DNA of 64,000 nt from Verrucomicrobiota bacterium (GTDB lineage Bacteria > Verrucomicrobiota > Verrucomicrobiia > Limisphaerales > UBA11358), in contig JBEKRQ010000001.1 of assembly GCA_049517655.1 (NCBI GenBank), positions 661,438 to 725,437 of the forward strand, written 5' to 3'. The number at the start of each line of letters is the position of its first letter. Within the stretch, counting starts at the first letter, position 1. A program made the position numbers and the translations under genes. Under the pieces are notes generated by a model. The model had not been told where the DNA came from. It saw only the letters and a list, made by a program, of their open reading frames with translations, and did not search any database. This document shows, piece after piece, positions 55,809 through 64,000 of the stretch.

Positions 55809-58800
55809 ATGAAAAACCGAAAGACGACAAGCATAAAAAAACAGCCTGTAAAACCGGCTCCGGTTCCTGTTGTTCCTGCGCATGTGCCGCCGTTGTTCCG
55901 CCCGGTGGACTGGCTGGCACTGGGTATCACCGCTGTCGTGGTTTTTATTGTGTTTTTCCTGACCTTGGCGCCGGACGTGACGCTTGAAGATTCCGGCGAG
56001 ATGGCCACCGCTTCATTTTATGGGGGCATTCCGCACGCGCCGGGTTATCCCATCTGGACAATTTATACGTGGCTGTGGACTCTCATTCCCTTCGGAAGTG
56101 TGGCGTGGCGTGTTGAACTGGGTAACGCCTTTGCCGGCGCCATCGCCGCAGGGTTGCTGGCATTTGTGGTCTCGCGCAGCAGCAGCATGCTCATCGAAAG
56201 CATTGATGCATTCAAAAACATCAGCCATCGCTGGGAAAATGTGATTTGTTTCGTCTCCGGTTTTGTCGCTGGTGGTTTGAGCGACTTCAACGGCTACCTG
56301 TGGAGTCAGGCGGTGATCGTCGACAAACATACCCTGAGCATAACTTCACTTTTGGCGGTGGTGACTTTCTTGTTGCGCTGGGTCTATGCGCCCCACCAAC
56401 ACCGGTATCTTTATGGCGCCTTTTTTATGTATGGAATTTGTTTCAACAACCATCAATCGCTTCTGCCCATCGTTATGGGCATGCAGGTGCTGGCTTGGAT
56501 GGCTGAACCCAAACTGGGGCGTGAATTCTTTTTCGGAAACACGGTGATTTGCATCGTCGTTGAGTTTTTGATTAAACCCTCTGTTCTCATCAACAACACG
56601 ACTGTTTTAGTTATTTACAATACAATCGGAATCGCCTCGGCTGCGCTTTGGATCTGGCTGTTAATCAAGACGAAAAAGACCGCCATTGAATTCGGGCGTG
56701 ACGCGGCTATGCTCGTTTTTTTTGGCTGTCTTGCTCTCTTTTTGGGCTGTATTACGCACTACATTCCCGCTGCCAGCGACATATCCAATCCCTTTTTACT
56801 TTTTATCGCGACAGTTATAACTGGTGTCATTTTTGTTCATCTCATCAAAAAAACCAAAGCTCTTTCGAAAGAGTGGCTTGTCGTTCTAGTGTGCGGTGTA
56901 GTCTGGCTGTTGGGCGCAGCATTCTATTTTTACGAACCAATCGCCTGCATGACCGATCCGCCGATGCAATGGGCCTATCCCCGCACCCTTGATGGTTTCT
57001 GGCATGCGCTGACCCGCGGCCAATATGAGCCAATCCATCCCACCGCTGGCTCCGGAACAACTATTCTACAAATTGCCGGCAGCTTTCTTGCAATCTACGG
57101 GATGCAACTCTGGCGTTATCTCGAGGGAATGGCCATTCAATTCAACCTTTTCTTTTTGTTGCTCGCACTCGTGATTTTCCTGGTCTATCAAAAGCTAAAA
57201 CGGCGCGAACGGGTGTGGATGATTGGAATGACTGCCATCTATATTTGCATCGGGCCATTTCTGGTTTTGCTGCTCAACTTTGCTCCCGACCGCCAATCCA
57301 TTGGAATCTCTGCGCCTCTTTTTGCCGCCGGGCACGTGTTTATTTCAATGTTCGTCGCCTATGGCTTGACGATTATTGCCGCGTTCATGGCCACGCAATA
57401 CGAAGCGATGCGCAAATGGCTTTGGGTTGGTGGAATTTGCGCCCTCGACTTCGCATTATTCACAGTGGCGGTGAATTGCCAAACACTCTTGGGGAATTGG
57501 GATGATGAATCCGCCGCACGGTATGGATTTTGCAAAATAGTGTGCTGGCTGCTGGCGGCAGCCGTGATATTGATTATCCAAAAAAATGGATTGCAGAACG
57601 ACCGGTTGCTATCCGTCGGTCTTCCGGGATTATTCGTCCTGTTCTCATTTGGATTGACAATCGCCGCCATTTTGGAAGACCGACTTGATTTCAAAGGTTT
57701 TTCTGATTTCTTCCACAACCTCGCTCAATCTTTTAATCCGGACCAGTACGGTTTGCCGATTTATGCCGGTTTGATTTTATTGGGAATGGCATTGATCTTT
57801 TTCTGTTCGGTTTGGGCGTTTCGCAGAAAAGTCCCACTCGGAATCGCCCTGGCCGTTTTCGCCGCGATACCCAGCTATTCCGCATTAATGCACTGGTCCC
57901 ACAGTGAACAACGTAATCACTGGTTCGGTTACTGGTTTGGGCATGACATGTTCACACCACCGTTTGGCATTTACCCGGAAATGACCCGCAACACGATTTT
58001 GTTTGGCGGCACTGATCCGGGGCGCTTTGCCCCAACCTACATGATTTTTTGCGAAAGTTTTGTGCCCCCGAGTTGCAAGCCCATGGACCCGGATTTTGAT
58101 CGCCGCGACGTTTATCTCATCACACAAAACGCGCTCGCCGATAACACCTATTTGCAATATCTCCGCGCTCAATACTTCCGCAGCGCTCAAAAAGACCCAT
58201 TGTTTTTTCAGGAACTCCTTCGTGGACCCGAGGAACGCACAGATAATTATTCCACAAACATCCTTGCACGTCTCGCCGGCATGATCTTGGACGGACCGCT
58301 GGAAAGGCGCGGTGCGAGAATCGAAGCCCGCTGGCGCAAAGAAGGTGTTTATCCACCAAAGGAAATTTACATACCGTCACCGGAAGATTCAGCGCGTTGC
58401 TTTGAAGAATATACACAAGATGCCGCTCGCCGGTCGCAGCTCGACCTGCTTCAGCCGGGTGAAATCGTGACCCTGGTTACCAATGCAAATGGCCAGGTGA
58501 GTGTCCAGGTTTCCGGTCAAAGCGCTGTGATGAAGATTAATGGTTTGTTGTGCAAAGTCATTTTCGACCATAACCCCGATAATGATTTCTATGTGGAAGA
58601 AAGTTTTCCACTGGATTGGATGTTTCCCTATGAAACGCCGTCCGGCGTCATCATGAAAATCAACCGGCATCCGTTGCCGTCGTTACCGGAAGACGTCTTC
58701 AAAAAAGACCATGAGTTTTGGAGCCAATACTCCGAGCGGCTGATTGGCAATTGGATTACCTATGACACCAGCGTCAAGCAAATCGCCGACTTCACAGAAA

Positions 58801-59687
58801 AAGTCTATTTGCACCGTAATCTCAGCGGTTTCAAAGGCGACCGCAAATTTATTCGTGACGATCAAGCGCAAAAGTCGTTCTCCAAACTCCGCAGTTCTAT
58901 AGGGGGTATTTATGCCTGGCGTCTGGGTGTGCTGAGCGGGACTCCCACACCGCCACAGTATCTGCCCAAAAATGAAAGCGAGCGACAAGAGTTGATTAAA
59001 GAAGCTGATTTCGCCTTCAAACAAGCGCTTGCATTCTGCCCCTACAGCCCTGAAGCTGCTTTCCGTTACATCAACTTCTTGACCCTGTTCAACCACCTTG
59101 ACGATGCCCTGCTTGTGGCACAAACCTGTCTTAACTTCGACCCCAACAATAGCCCGGTTGCAAGCCTTGTTAAACAATTGAAGGATTTCAAAAAACAGTC
59201 CGGTGAACGAAACCAAATCGAAACCGAACTACAGCGGATGGAAAATGAGGTGCGCGTGAACCCAACTAATTTCCAAAACATTTTCGCCCTCGCCGCCGCT
59301 CATCTTCAATTACAGCAGACCAACCGCGTTATTGAATTATTTGACCAAACATTGGCCATGCCAAACATCCCCTCGGAAGTAATTGGAGTCATCGCCCAGT
59401 TTTACGCCCAAATAGGCAATTTACCCAAACTCGAAAGTGTGCTTGAAAAACTTGCGGCCATCATCCCCAACCAGCCCGAACCGTGGTATGACCTTGCAGC
59501 GCTCAATGCCGTGCTTGGTAAACCCAATGAATCTCTCCAAGATTTGCGCACCTGTCTTGACCTCAATGCCAAACGTCTTCAACGTGATCCCAAAGCGCGC
59601 GATCTCCTTGCCGAAGCGCGCAAAGATCAGCGCTTCGCCCCCCTGCACAATCTGCCGGAGTTTCAAAAGCTCGTTCCGCCCCATTAA
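55809..59687 (+). CDS. DUF2723-family polytopic membrane protein (putative glycosyltransferase) with a C-terminal TPR region
   Basis: LAPDVTLEDSGEMATASFYGGIPHAPGYPIWTIYTWLW..., many TM helices, and TPR-like repeats in the last 300 aa. Confidence 0.75.
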   Translation: MKNRKTTSIKKQPVKPAPVPVVPAHVPPLFRPVDWLALGITAVVVFIVFFLTLAPDVTLEDSGEMATASFYGGIPHAPGYPIWTIYTWLWTLIPFGSVAWRVELGNAFAGAIAAGLLAFVVSRSSSMLIESIDAFKNISHRWENVICFVSGFVAGGLSDFNGYLWSQAVIVDKHTLSITSLLAVVTFLLRWVYAPHQHRYLYGAFFMYGICFNNHQSLLPIVMGMQVLAWMAEPKLGREFFFGNTVICIVVEFLIKPSVLINNTTVLVIYNTIGIASAALWIWLLIKTKKTAIEFGRDAAMLVFFGCLALFLGCITHYIPAASDISNPFLLFIATVITGVIFVHLIKKTKALSKEWLVVLVCGVVWLLGAAFYFYEPIACMTDPPMQWAYPRTLDGFWHALTRGQYEPIHPTAGSGTTILQIAGSFLAIYGMQLWRYLEGMAIQFNLFFLLLALVIFLVYQKLKRRERVWMIGMTAIYICIGPFLVLLLNFAPDRQSIGISAPLFAAGHVFISMFVAYGLTIIAAFMATQYEAMRKWLWVGGICALDFALFTVAVNCQTLLGNWDDESAARYGFCKIVCWLLAAAVILIIQKNGLQNDRLLSVGLPGLFVLFSFGLTIAAILEDRLDFKGFSDFFHNLAQSFNPDQYGLPIYAGLILLGMALIFFCSVWAFRRKVPLGIALAVFAAIPSYSALMHWSHSEQRNHWFGYWFGHDMFTPPFGIYPEMTRNTILFGGTDPGRFAPTYMIFCESFVPPSCKPMDPDFDRRDVYLITQNALADNTYLQYLRAQYFRSAQKDPLFFQELLRGPEERTDNYSTNILARLAGMILDGPLERRGARIEARWRKEGVYPPKEIYIPSPEDSARCFEEYTQDAARRSQLDLLQPGEIVTLVTNANGQVSVQVSGQSAVMKINGLLCKVIFDHNPDNDFYVEESFPLDWMFPYETPSGVIMKINRHPLPSLPEDVFKKDHEFWSQYSERLIGNWITYDTSVKQIADFTEKVYLHRNLSGFKGDRKFIRDDQAQKSFSKLRSSIGGIYAWRLGVLSGTPTPPQYLPKNESERQELIKEADFAFKQALAFCPYSPEAAFRYINFLTLFNHLDDALLVAQTCLNFDPNNSPVASLVKQLKDFKKQSGERNQIETELQRMENEVRVNPTNFQNIFALAAAHLQLQQTNRVIELFDQTLAMPNIPSEVIGVIAQFYAQIGNLPKLESVLEKLAAIIPNQPEPWYDLAALNAVLGKPNESLQDLRTCLDLNAKRLQRDPKARDLLAEARKDQRFAPLHNLPEFQKLVPPH

Positions 59688-59783
59688 GATGCAGTTGCAG
59701 TTGGCAACACATCCCAGTTGCTGGTTTCCGGTCAATGGTTTAGTTTGACGACCTCGAAATGACTTTTGCGCCGACATGACAGC

Positions 59784-60377
59784 ATGAAGAAGGCAGATTC
59801 ACACACGCAAAAAATTGAAACAGCGGCAAACGCCCCGAATACCGCTGCAGGCACCGCCACGCCTCCTGTTTCCGAAATCACACCGGAGCAATTGACTGAA
59901 CTCCAGGCGCGCGCAGCCAAGGCTGACGAGCACTGGGATCGCCTGCTGCGTACCGCCGCCGATCTTGAAAATTTCAAGAAACGCGCGGCCCGCGAACGTC
60001 ACGAAGTTGCGCAATCGTCCGCCGCCGCGCTGATTCAAAAACTGCTGCCCGTTCTCGATCACTTCGAAATGGCACAAGCCGCCGTGCAAACCGCGGAAGT
60101 CCCGCAAGGCGGGATCGCATCGTTGCAGGACGGCATCGCCATGATCCAGCAGCAGCTCAAAAGCATTCTCACCGAGGCCGGCCTCGAAGAAGTGAACGCG
60201 AACGGCCAGCCATTCGACCCGACTATGCATGAAGCCGTCATGCAAATGGAAACTCCTGACGCGCCTGAAGGTCAGGTCGTCCAACAAATCCGCAAAGGCT
60301 ATAAGCTGCACGACCAATTGTTGAGGCCCGCGGCAGTCGTTGTCGCCAAAAAACCCTCCGCGCCGCCCGCCGCCTGA
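59784..60377 (+). CDS. grpE: Nucleotide exchange factor GrpE
   Basis: ...DRLLRTAADLENFKKRAARE...LLPVLDHFE...FDPTMHEAV...KGYKLHDQLLRPAAVVV. Confidence 0.9.
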   Translation: MKKADSHTQKIETAANAPNTAAGTATPPVSEITPEQLTELQARAAKADEHWDRLLRTAADLENFKKRAARERHEVAQSSAAALIQKLLPVLDHFEMAQAAVQTAEVPQGGIASLQDGIAMIQQQLKSILTEAGLEEVNANGQPFDPTMHEAVMQMETPDAPEGQVVQQIRKGYKLHDQLLRPAAVVVAKKPSAPPAA

Positions 60378-60380
60378 GTC

Positions 60381-61523
60381 ATGGCCAAACGCGATTACTA
60401 TGAAGTGCTCGGCGTCGGCCGCAACGTCGGCGATGAAGAAATTAAAAAGGCTTACCGCAGGTTGGCCCTCAAATTTCATCCGGACAAAAATTCAGGGGAC
60501 AAAACCGCCGAGGAAAGATTCAAGGAAATCGGCGAGGCCTACGAGGCGTTGAGTGATCCGCAAAGACGCGCGGCTTACGATCAATACGGCCACGCAGCTT
60601 TCGATCCCCGCGCGCGTGCCGGCCGCGCTGGGGGCTTCGGTGGCGGTTTCCACGATCCTTTTGAAATTTTCCGCGAAGTTTTCGGCGGCGCGGCGGGTGG
60701 AAGCATTTTTGAAAGTTTCTTCGGCGGCGGACAAGACCCGTCGCAACCGCAGCGCGGCGACGATTTGCGTTATGATCTGGGGATCTCGCTCGAAGAAGCG
60801 GCTCTCGGCTGCGAAAAGGAAATTTCCGTCACGAAGCTCGACCGTTGTGACGAGTGCAGCGGCTCCGGCATGGAACACGGCTCGAAAGTCCAGACGTGCT
60901 CAACCTGTGGCGGACGCGGGCAGGTGCTCACGTCGCGCGGCATCTTTAGCATTGCGCAAACGTGTCCGCACTGCAAAGGCGCCGGGCGGATTTTGGAAAA
61001 GCCATGCAAATCCTGCCATGGCGGCGGGCGGTGCGAACATCATTCAAAAATTAAATTGCGCATCCCGCCCGGTGTGAATACCGGTTCGCGTCTGCGTTCG
61101 TCGGGCAACGGCGAAGCAGGCTTCCGTGGCGGCCACCCCGGCGACCTTTATGTGATTTTGCACGTCAAGCCGCACGAAATTTTTCAGCGCGACGGCGACG
61201 ATTTGCTGTGCGACGTGCCGATAAGTTTTATTCAAGCCGCGCTCGGGGCAGAAATCGATGTGCCGACGCTCGACGGCAGGACAACCATTAAAATCCCCGC
61301 CGGCACCCAACCGGGCACGATATTTCGCGTCAAAGGCAAAGGGGTGAAAAATCTGCAAGGTTATGGCCACGGCGACTTGCATGTGCGCGTTCAGGTCGAA
61401 GTGCCGACGCGATTGAACCACGAACAAAAGACCAAGTTGCAGGAATTCGCCGGGCTGTGCGACGGCAACGAAACACCCATGGCACAAAGTTTTTTTGAAA
61501 AGGCCAAAAAGTTCTTTAAATAA
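60381..61523 (+). CDS. dnaJ: Molecular chaperone DnaJ
   Basis: J domain (DYYEVLGV...[16 protein letters not shown]), G/F region, and four CxxCxGxG zinc-finger motifs. Confidence 0.95.
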   Translation: MAKRDYYEVLGVGRNVGDEEIKKAYRRLALKFHPDKNSGDKTAEERFKEIGEAYEALSDPQRRAAYDQYGHAAFDPRARAGRAGGFGGGFHDPFEIFREVFGGAAGGSIFESFFGGGQDPSQPQRGDDLRYDLGISLEEAALGCEKEISVTKLDRCDECSGSGMEHGSKVQTCSTCGGRGQVLTSRGIFSIAQTCPHCKGAGRILEKPCKSCHGGGRCEHHSKIKLRIPPGVNTGSRLRSSGNGEAGFRGGHPGDLYVILHVKPHEIFQRDGDDLLCDVPISFIQAALGAEIDVPTLDGRTTIKIPAGTQPGTIFRVKGKGVKNLQGYGHGDLHVRVQVEVPTRLNHEQKTKLQEFAGLCDGNETPMAQSFFEKAKKFFK

Positions 61524-61525
61524 AA

Positions 61526-61590
61526 GGTAGGGACGGCCCGCCGGGCCGTCCGTGAGTGTGAAGCGGAAGCCCCGGCGGTGCGTCCCTACC
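61526..61590. repeat. 65-nt REP/MITE-like palindromic element after dnaJ (10-bp terminal inverted repeats plus an inner perfect hairpin)
   Basis: ggtagggacg...cgtccctacc (61526-61535 and 61581-61590). Inner hairpin gacggccc-gcc-gggccgtc (61532-61550) could also terminate dnaJ. Confidence 0.5.
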
Positions 61591-61600
61591 CTGAAAAAAT

Positions 61601-62350
61601 ATGCACCGTTTTTACTTGCCGCCCGAACGCTGTGCCGATGCCATGCTCCAGCTCGATGGACGCGAGGCGCATCACGCGCTGCACGTTCTGCGTTTGAAGC
61701 GCGGCGAACTCATCACCGTTTTGGACGGCGTCGGAAATGAATTCCTTTGCGCGGTTAAAAATAGTTCGCGCGATGCCGTCACGCTTTCCGTGTCGCTGAA
61801 AAATTTCACGCCGCCCCTACCCTACTCTATCACGTTGCTGCAAGCCGTGCCCAAGGGAAAAATCATCGAGTCCATCATTCAAAAGGCCGTTGAACTCGGC
61901 GCGCGGCGAATCGTGCCGCTGCTGACCGAGCATGTTGTGACACATCTTGGCGAGAAGGACAGGGCGAACAAACGTGACAAGTGGCAGCAGGTGGCCGTTG
62001 AAACCATCAAGCAATGTGGCGCAGCCTGGCTGCCGAAAATTGAAATACCTGTGACACCCGCGCAATTCCTCACACGCAAAGAAAAATTTGATTTGTCACT
62101 CGTCGGTTCGCTGCAAAGTGACCGATGCCATCCGCGCGAATGTTTGGGCGAGTTTCAGGCAAAGCATGGGTGCCTGCCGCAAAGCGTTGGCGTTTGGATT
62201 GGGCCGGAAGGTGATTTCACACTCGATGAATTGAAGGCGATTCAAGCCAGCGGCGCACTGCCAATTTCGCTGGGACGTCTCGTGTTGCGCGTCGAGACAG
62301 CGGCGATTTATTGTCTTTCGATTCTCAACTACGAATTGCAAGCGGCCTGA
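61601..62350 (+). CDS. rsmE: 16S rRNA (uracil1498-N3)-methyltransferase
   Basis: MHRFYLPPE...LDGREAHHALHVLRLKRGE...LLQAVPKG...GPEGDFT..E. Confidence 0.85.
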   Translation: MHRFYLPPERCADAMLQLDGREAHHALHVLRLKRGELITVLDGVGNEFLCAVKNSSRDAVTLSVSLKNFTPPLPYSITLLQAVPKGKIIESIIQKAVELGARRIVPLLTEHVVTHLGEKDRANKRDKWQQVAVETIKQCGAAWLPKIEIPVTPAQFLTRKEKFDLSLVGSLQSDRCHPRECLGEFQAKHGCLPQSVGVWIGPEGDFTLDELKAIQASGALPISLGRLVLRVETAAIYCLSILNYELQAA

Positions 62351-63530
62351 GCTGAACCAAAACACGGAAGGCGCGGCCCAGATGTTCCGGATGCGTGAGG
62401 GTTTGAAATTGGCGGGCTTGGGCTGACGTCCATCCGTCTTCGCTTCCGCCTCCGTCAGACTTCGGCGAGACAAGGCGCTTCGACGCGACAAGTTCGCCAA
62501 AGGATTTGTCCTTGAGTGTTTTTTCCAAAATACGCGTCAGGAATTGCGGTTGCGTTGGAAAACTTTCAGTCGTCAGTCCGGCGGATTCACCGGCAGTTTG
62601 AATCGCCGAAAAATTGACGTGTGCGGTGAGGTCTTGTTCGCCGACGTTGGCCAGAATGTCGTCGCTGGCGCGATGGCGAAAATAGGCGCGGAGCGTGCCG
62701 CGCGTGCGGCTGGGCGAAAACAATTCGTCGGCGGTCAAACCGTAATCAATTGTCATCAAGCGTCCGCGTTCCAAAAGGCTCGCGGCTTCGCGCCACCAGT
62801 TTTCGGCGGCGGGACAGGTTTCGATGGTGTAACCGTCAGGAAGCACAGCCAGCAAGGCAGCTGGCAGATGGCGGAGGACAGACGGCAGATTCAGTTCTGA
62901 CTTCTGACTTCTGACTTCTGGATTCTGGATTCTCGCCCAGACGAATTTTCCGCCTTCGATGGCAACGCCCCACTCAAACCAAAGTTTTTTTGCGGCGTCC
63001 CAGCCAAAGCGGCGAACGGGCATGGCATCAAGAAGTTCGTTTGAGAAAATAATTCCAGACAGTTTTGAATTTCGAGTTTTGAGTTTCAAGTCTTCAATGC
63101 CGGTGAACCAGCAAACACGCGGAGCAAACTCCGCCAGTTTTTCTTTTTGCCATTTCTGCCGGCGCGCCGAAGGTTCGATGATGGCATATTGGATTTGCTC
63201 GAAAAGTTTTGGGCGACGAGATTGCAGCCCGTTTAAAATGTCTTTGGCCAATTGGCCGTCATGCGCGCCAGCCTCGACAATTCTGATTTCTGATTTCTGA
63301 CTTCTGACTTCTGTCCCCAGCCATTCGGCGAATTGAAAGGCGAGCAGTTGTCCGAAAAGTTCGCCGACGCTGACGTTTGTGTAGAAATCGCCGCGCCGTC
63401 CAGGGGTGTCTTTTTTTGTTTCGTAGTATCCATAAACAGGACAATAAAGGGCGAGTTCCATGAAACGCGCGAAGGACAAAATGCCACGCGCGGCCATTTC
63501 GCAGCGAATAATTTCAACAAGCGTTTTCAT
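62325..63530 (-). CDS. SAM-dependent methyltransferase, DUF185 (MidA/NDUFAF7-like) family, carrying three heptamer-tract insertions
   Basis: FARFMELALYCPVYGYYE...RGDFYTNVSVGELFG...VEAGAHDGQLA...FSNELLDAMPV. Confidence 0.75.
   Translation of the reverse strand: MKTLVEIIRCEMAARGILSFARFMELALYCPVYGYYETKKDTPGRRGDFYTNVSVGELFGQLLAFQFAEWLGTEVRSQKSEIRIVEAGAHDGQLAKDILNGLQSRRPKLFEQIQYAIIEPSARRQKWQKEKLAEFAPRVCWFTGIEDLKLKTRNSKLSGIIFSNELLDAMPVRRFGWDAAKKLWFEWGVAIEGGKFVWARIQNPEVRSQKSELNLPSVLRHLPAALLAVLPDGYTIETCPAAENWWREAASLLERGRLMTIDYGLTADELFSPSRTRGTLRAYFRHRASDDILANVGEQDLTAHVNFSAIQTAGESAGLTTESFPTQPQFLTRILEKTLKDKSFGELVASKRLVSPKSDGGGSEDGWTSAQARQFQTLTHPEHLGRAFRVLVQLRPLAIRS
62895..62934. repeat. Heptamer tract (TTCTGAC)3(TTCTGGA)2 in frame in the DUF185 gene
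   Basis: ttctgac ttctgac ttctgac ttctgga ttctgga ttctc. Encodes IQNPEVRSQKSEL on the minus strand. Confidence 0.75.
63062..63098. repeat. Degenerate heptamer tract (TTYGAGT-like x5) in frame in the DUF185 gene
   Basis: tttgaat ttcgagt tttgagt ttcaagt cttcaat. Encodes EDLKLKTRNSKLS. Confidence 0.5.
63281..63315. repeat. Heptamer tract (TTCTGAY)5 in frame in the DUF185 gene
   Basis: ttctgat ttctgat ttctgac ttctgac ttctgtc. Encodes GTEVRSQKSEIRI immediately before the VEAGAHDG SAM-binding motif. Confidence 0.75.
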
Positions 63531-63586
63531 TGACTTGCGCTTGGCGCGACTTTAGCTACGATGCACGCCAGAACGGGGATTGATTT

Positions 63587-64000
63587 ATGGCCAAAATTGA
63601 TGCGTTTTTCAACCTGATGTTTGAGCAAAAGGCATCGGATTTGCACATGAACTCCGGCAATCCGCCCATGTTGCGCATCGACGGCGAGCTTCAACGCGTG
63701 GATTATCCGAAGCTGGAAAATGATGCGCTCAAGACGATGCTCTACGAAATCGCGCCAGACTACAAAATCAAGCTCTTCGAGGAAACCGGCGACGTGGACT
63801 TCGGCTACGAGATTCCGAAAGTTTCGCGCTTTCGTGTAAACTTTTACAATCAGAAAAACGGCATTGGCGCGGTGTTCCGGCAAATCCCCACCCAGGTGCT
63901 CTCATTTGACGATTTTGAAAAGCTCGAAGCGCCGATGCCCGCCGTGCTCAAAAAATTTTGCATGCTGAACCGCGGCTTGATCCTTGTCACCGGCCCGACT
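63587..64000 (+). CDS. pilT: Type IV pilus twitching-motility ATPase PilT, 5' part (runs off the window)
   Basis: My own translation: MAKIDAFFNLMFEQKASDLHMNSGNPPMLRIDGELQRV...SRFRVNFYNQKNGIGAVFRQIP...GLILVTGPT. The frame stays open to the window end, and the sequence stops just at the Walker A region. Confidence 0.85.
   Translation, partial: MAKIDAFFNLMFEQKASDLHMNSGNPPMLRIDGELQRVDYPKLENDALKTMLYEIAPDYKIKLFEETGDVDFGYEIPKVSRFRVNFYNQKNGIGAVFRQIPTQVLSFDDFEKLEAPMPAVLKKFCMLNRGLILVTGPT

Noticed and set aside
62895-63315. Heptamer tracts and the repeated Rhs segments as a possible CRISPR array or minisatellite locus.
   Set aside because: The units are 7 nt with no spacers. The tracts lie inside open reading frames. 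No cas genes or 25-40-nt repeat/spacer periodicity occur anywhere in the window.

Overview
64-kb window that splits into two parts. The housekeeping gene content suggests a Verrucomicrobiota-like genome (DUF2723/TPR membrane protein, S53 sedolisin, giant LamG/Ig/beta-helix protein, two-subunit class I fumarase). This taxonomic call is inference only. LEFT PART (about 1-26.6 kb) is all on the minus strand and is an accessory polymorphic-toxin locus. It starts with a ~1930-aa secreted beta-helix/Ig/LamG/FN3 protein. About 40 nt downstream is a full-length Sec-signal Rhs/YD-repeat protein whose C-terminal tip carries a clear phospholipase A2 motif (WCG..GG / CCRKHDAC). Six 'orphan' Rhs C-terminal modules follow. 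Each has a different toxin tip: a second CCxxHDxC tip, an HExxH tip, two Gly-rich tips, and two tips with no recognisable motif. Each is followed by a small signal-peptide, lipoprotein or TM ORF that is a candidate immunity gene. Four copies of a ~30-nt junction element divide the array into nested two-module units. One orphan is broken by a 1-nt frameshift in a G5/C5 run. Near-identical segments between modules show past recombination. RIGHT PART (26.9-64 kb) is ordinary core genome: galM, pfk, Zn-ADH, fumarase alpha/beta, pnp, rpsO, tilS, S53 peptidase, MBL hydrolase, hemerythrin-like protein, SpoU methyltransferase, glnE, rfbF-like, two GT2 genes, tRNA-Ala(GGC), phosphohexomutase, rpe, hybrid PAS histidine kinase, rpsT, ECF sigma/anti-sigma, DUF2723, grpE, dnaJ, rsmE, DUF185 methyltransferase, and the 5' end of pilT. 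Its unusual features are as follows. Short tandem heptanucleotide tracts (GACTTCN / NGAAGTC) sit in frame inside conserved genes (glnE, phosphohexomutase, three in the DUF185 gene), and a related tract lies inside every long Rhs module. There is an AT-rich HEPN(DUF4145-like)+ORF6N two-gene islet. REP-like palindromes lie at gene ends. An identical TTGACA-N16-TAGAGT promoter-like motif precedes tRNA-Ala and rpsT. No rRNA, CRISPR array, transposase, integrase or T6SS/PAAR gene is visible in the window.
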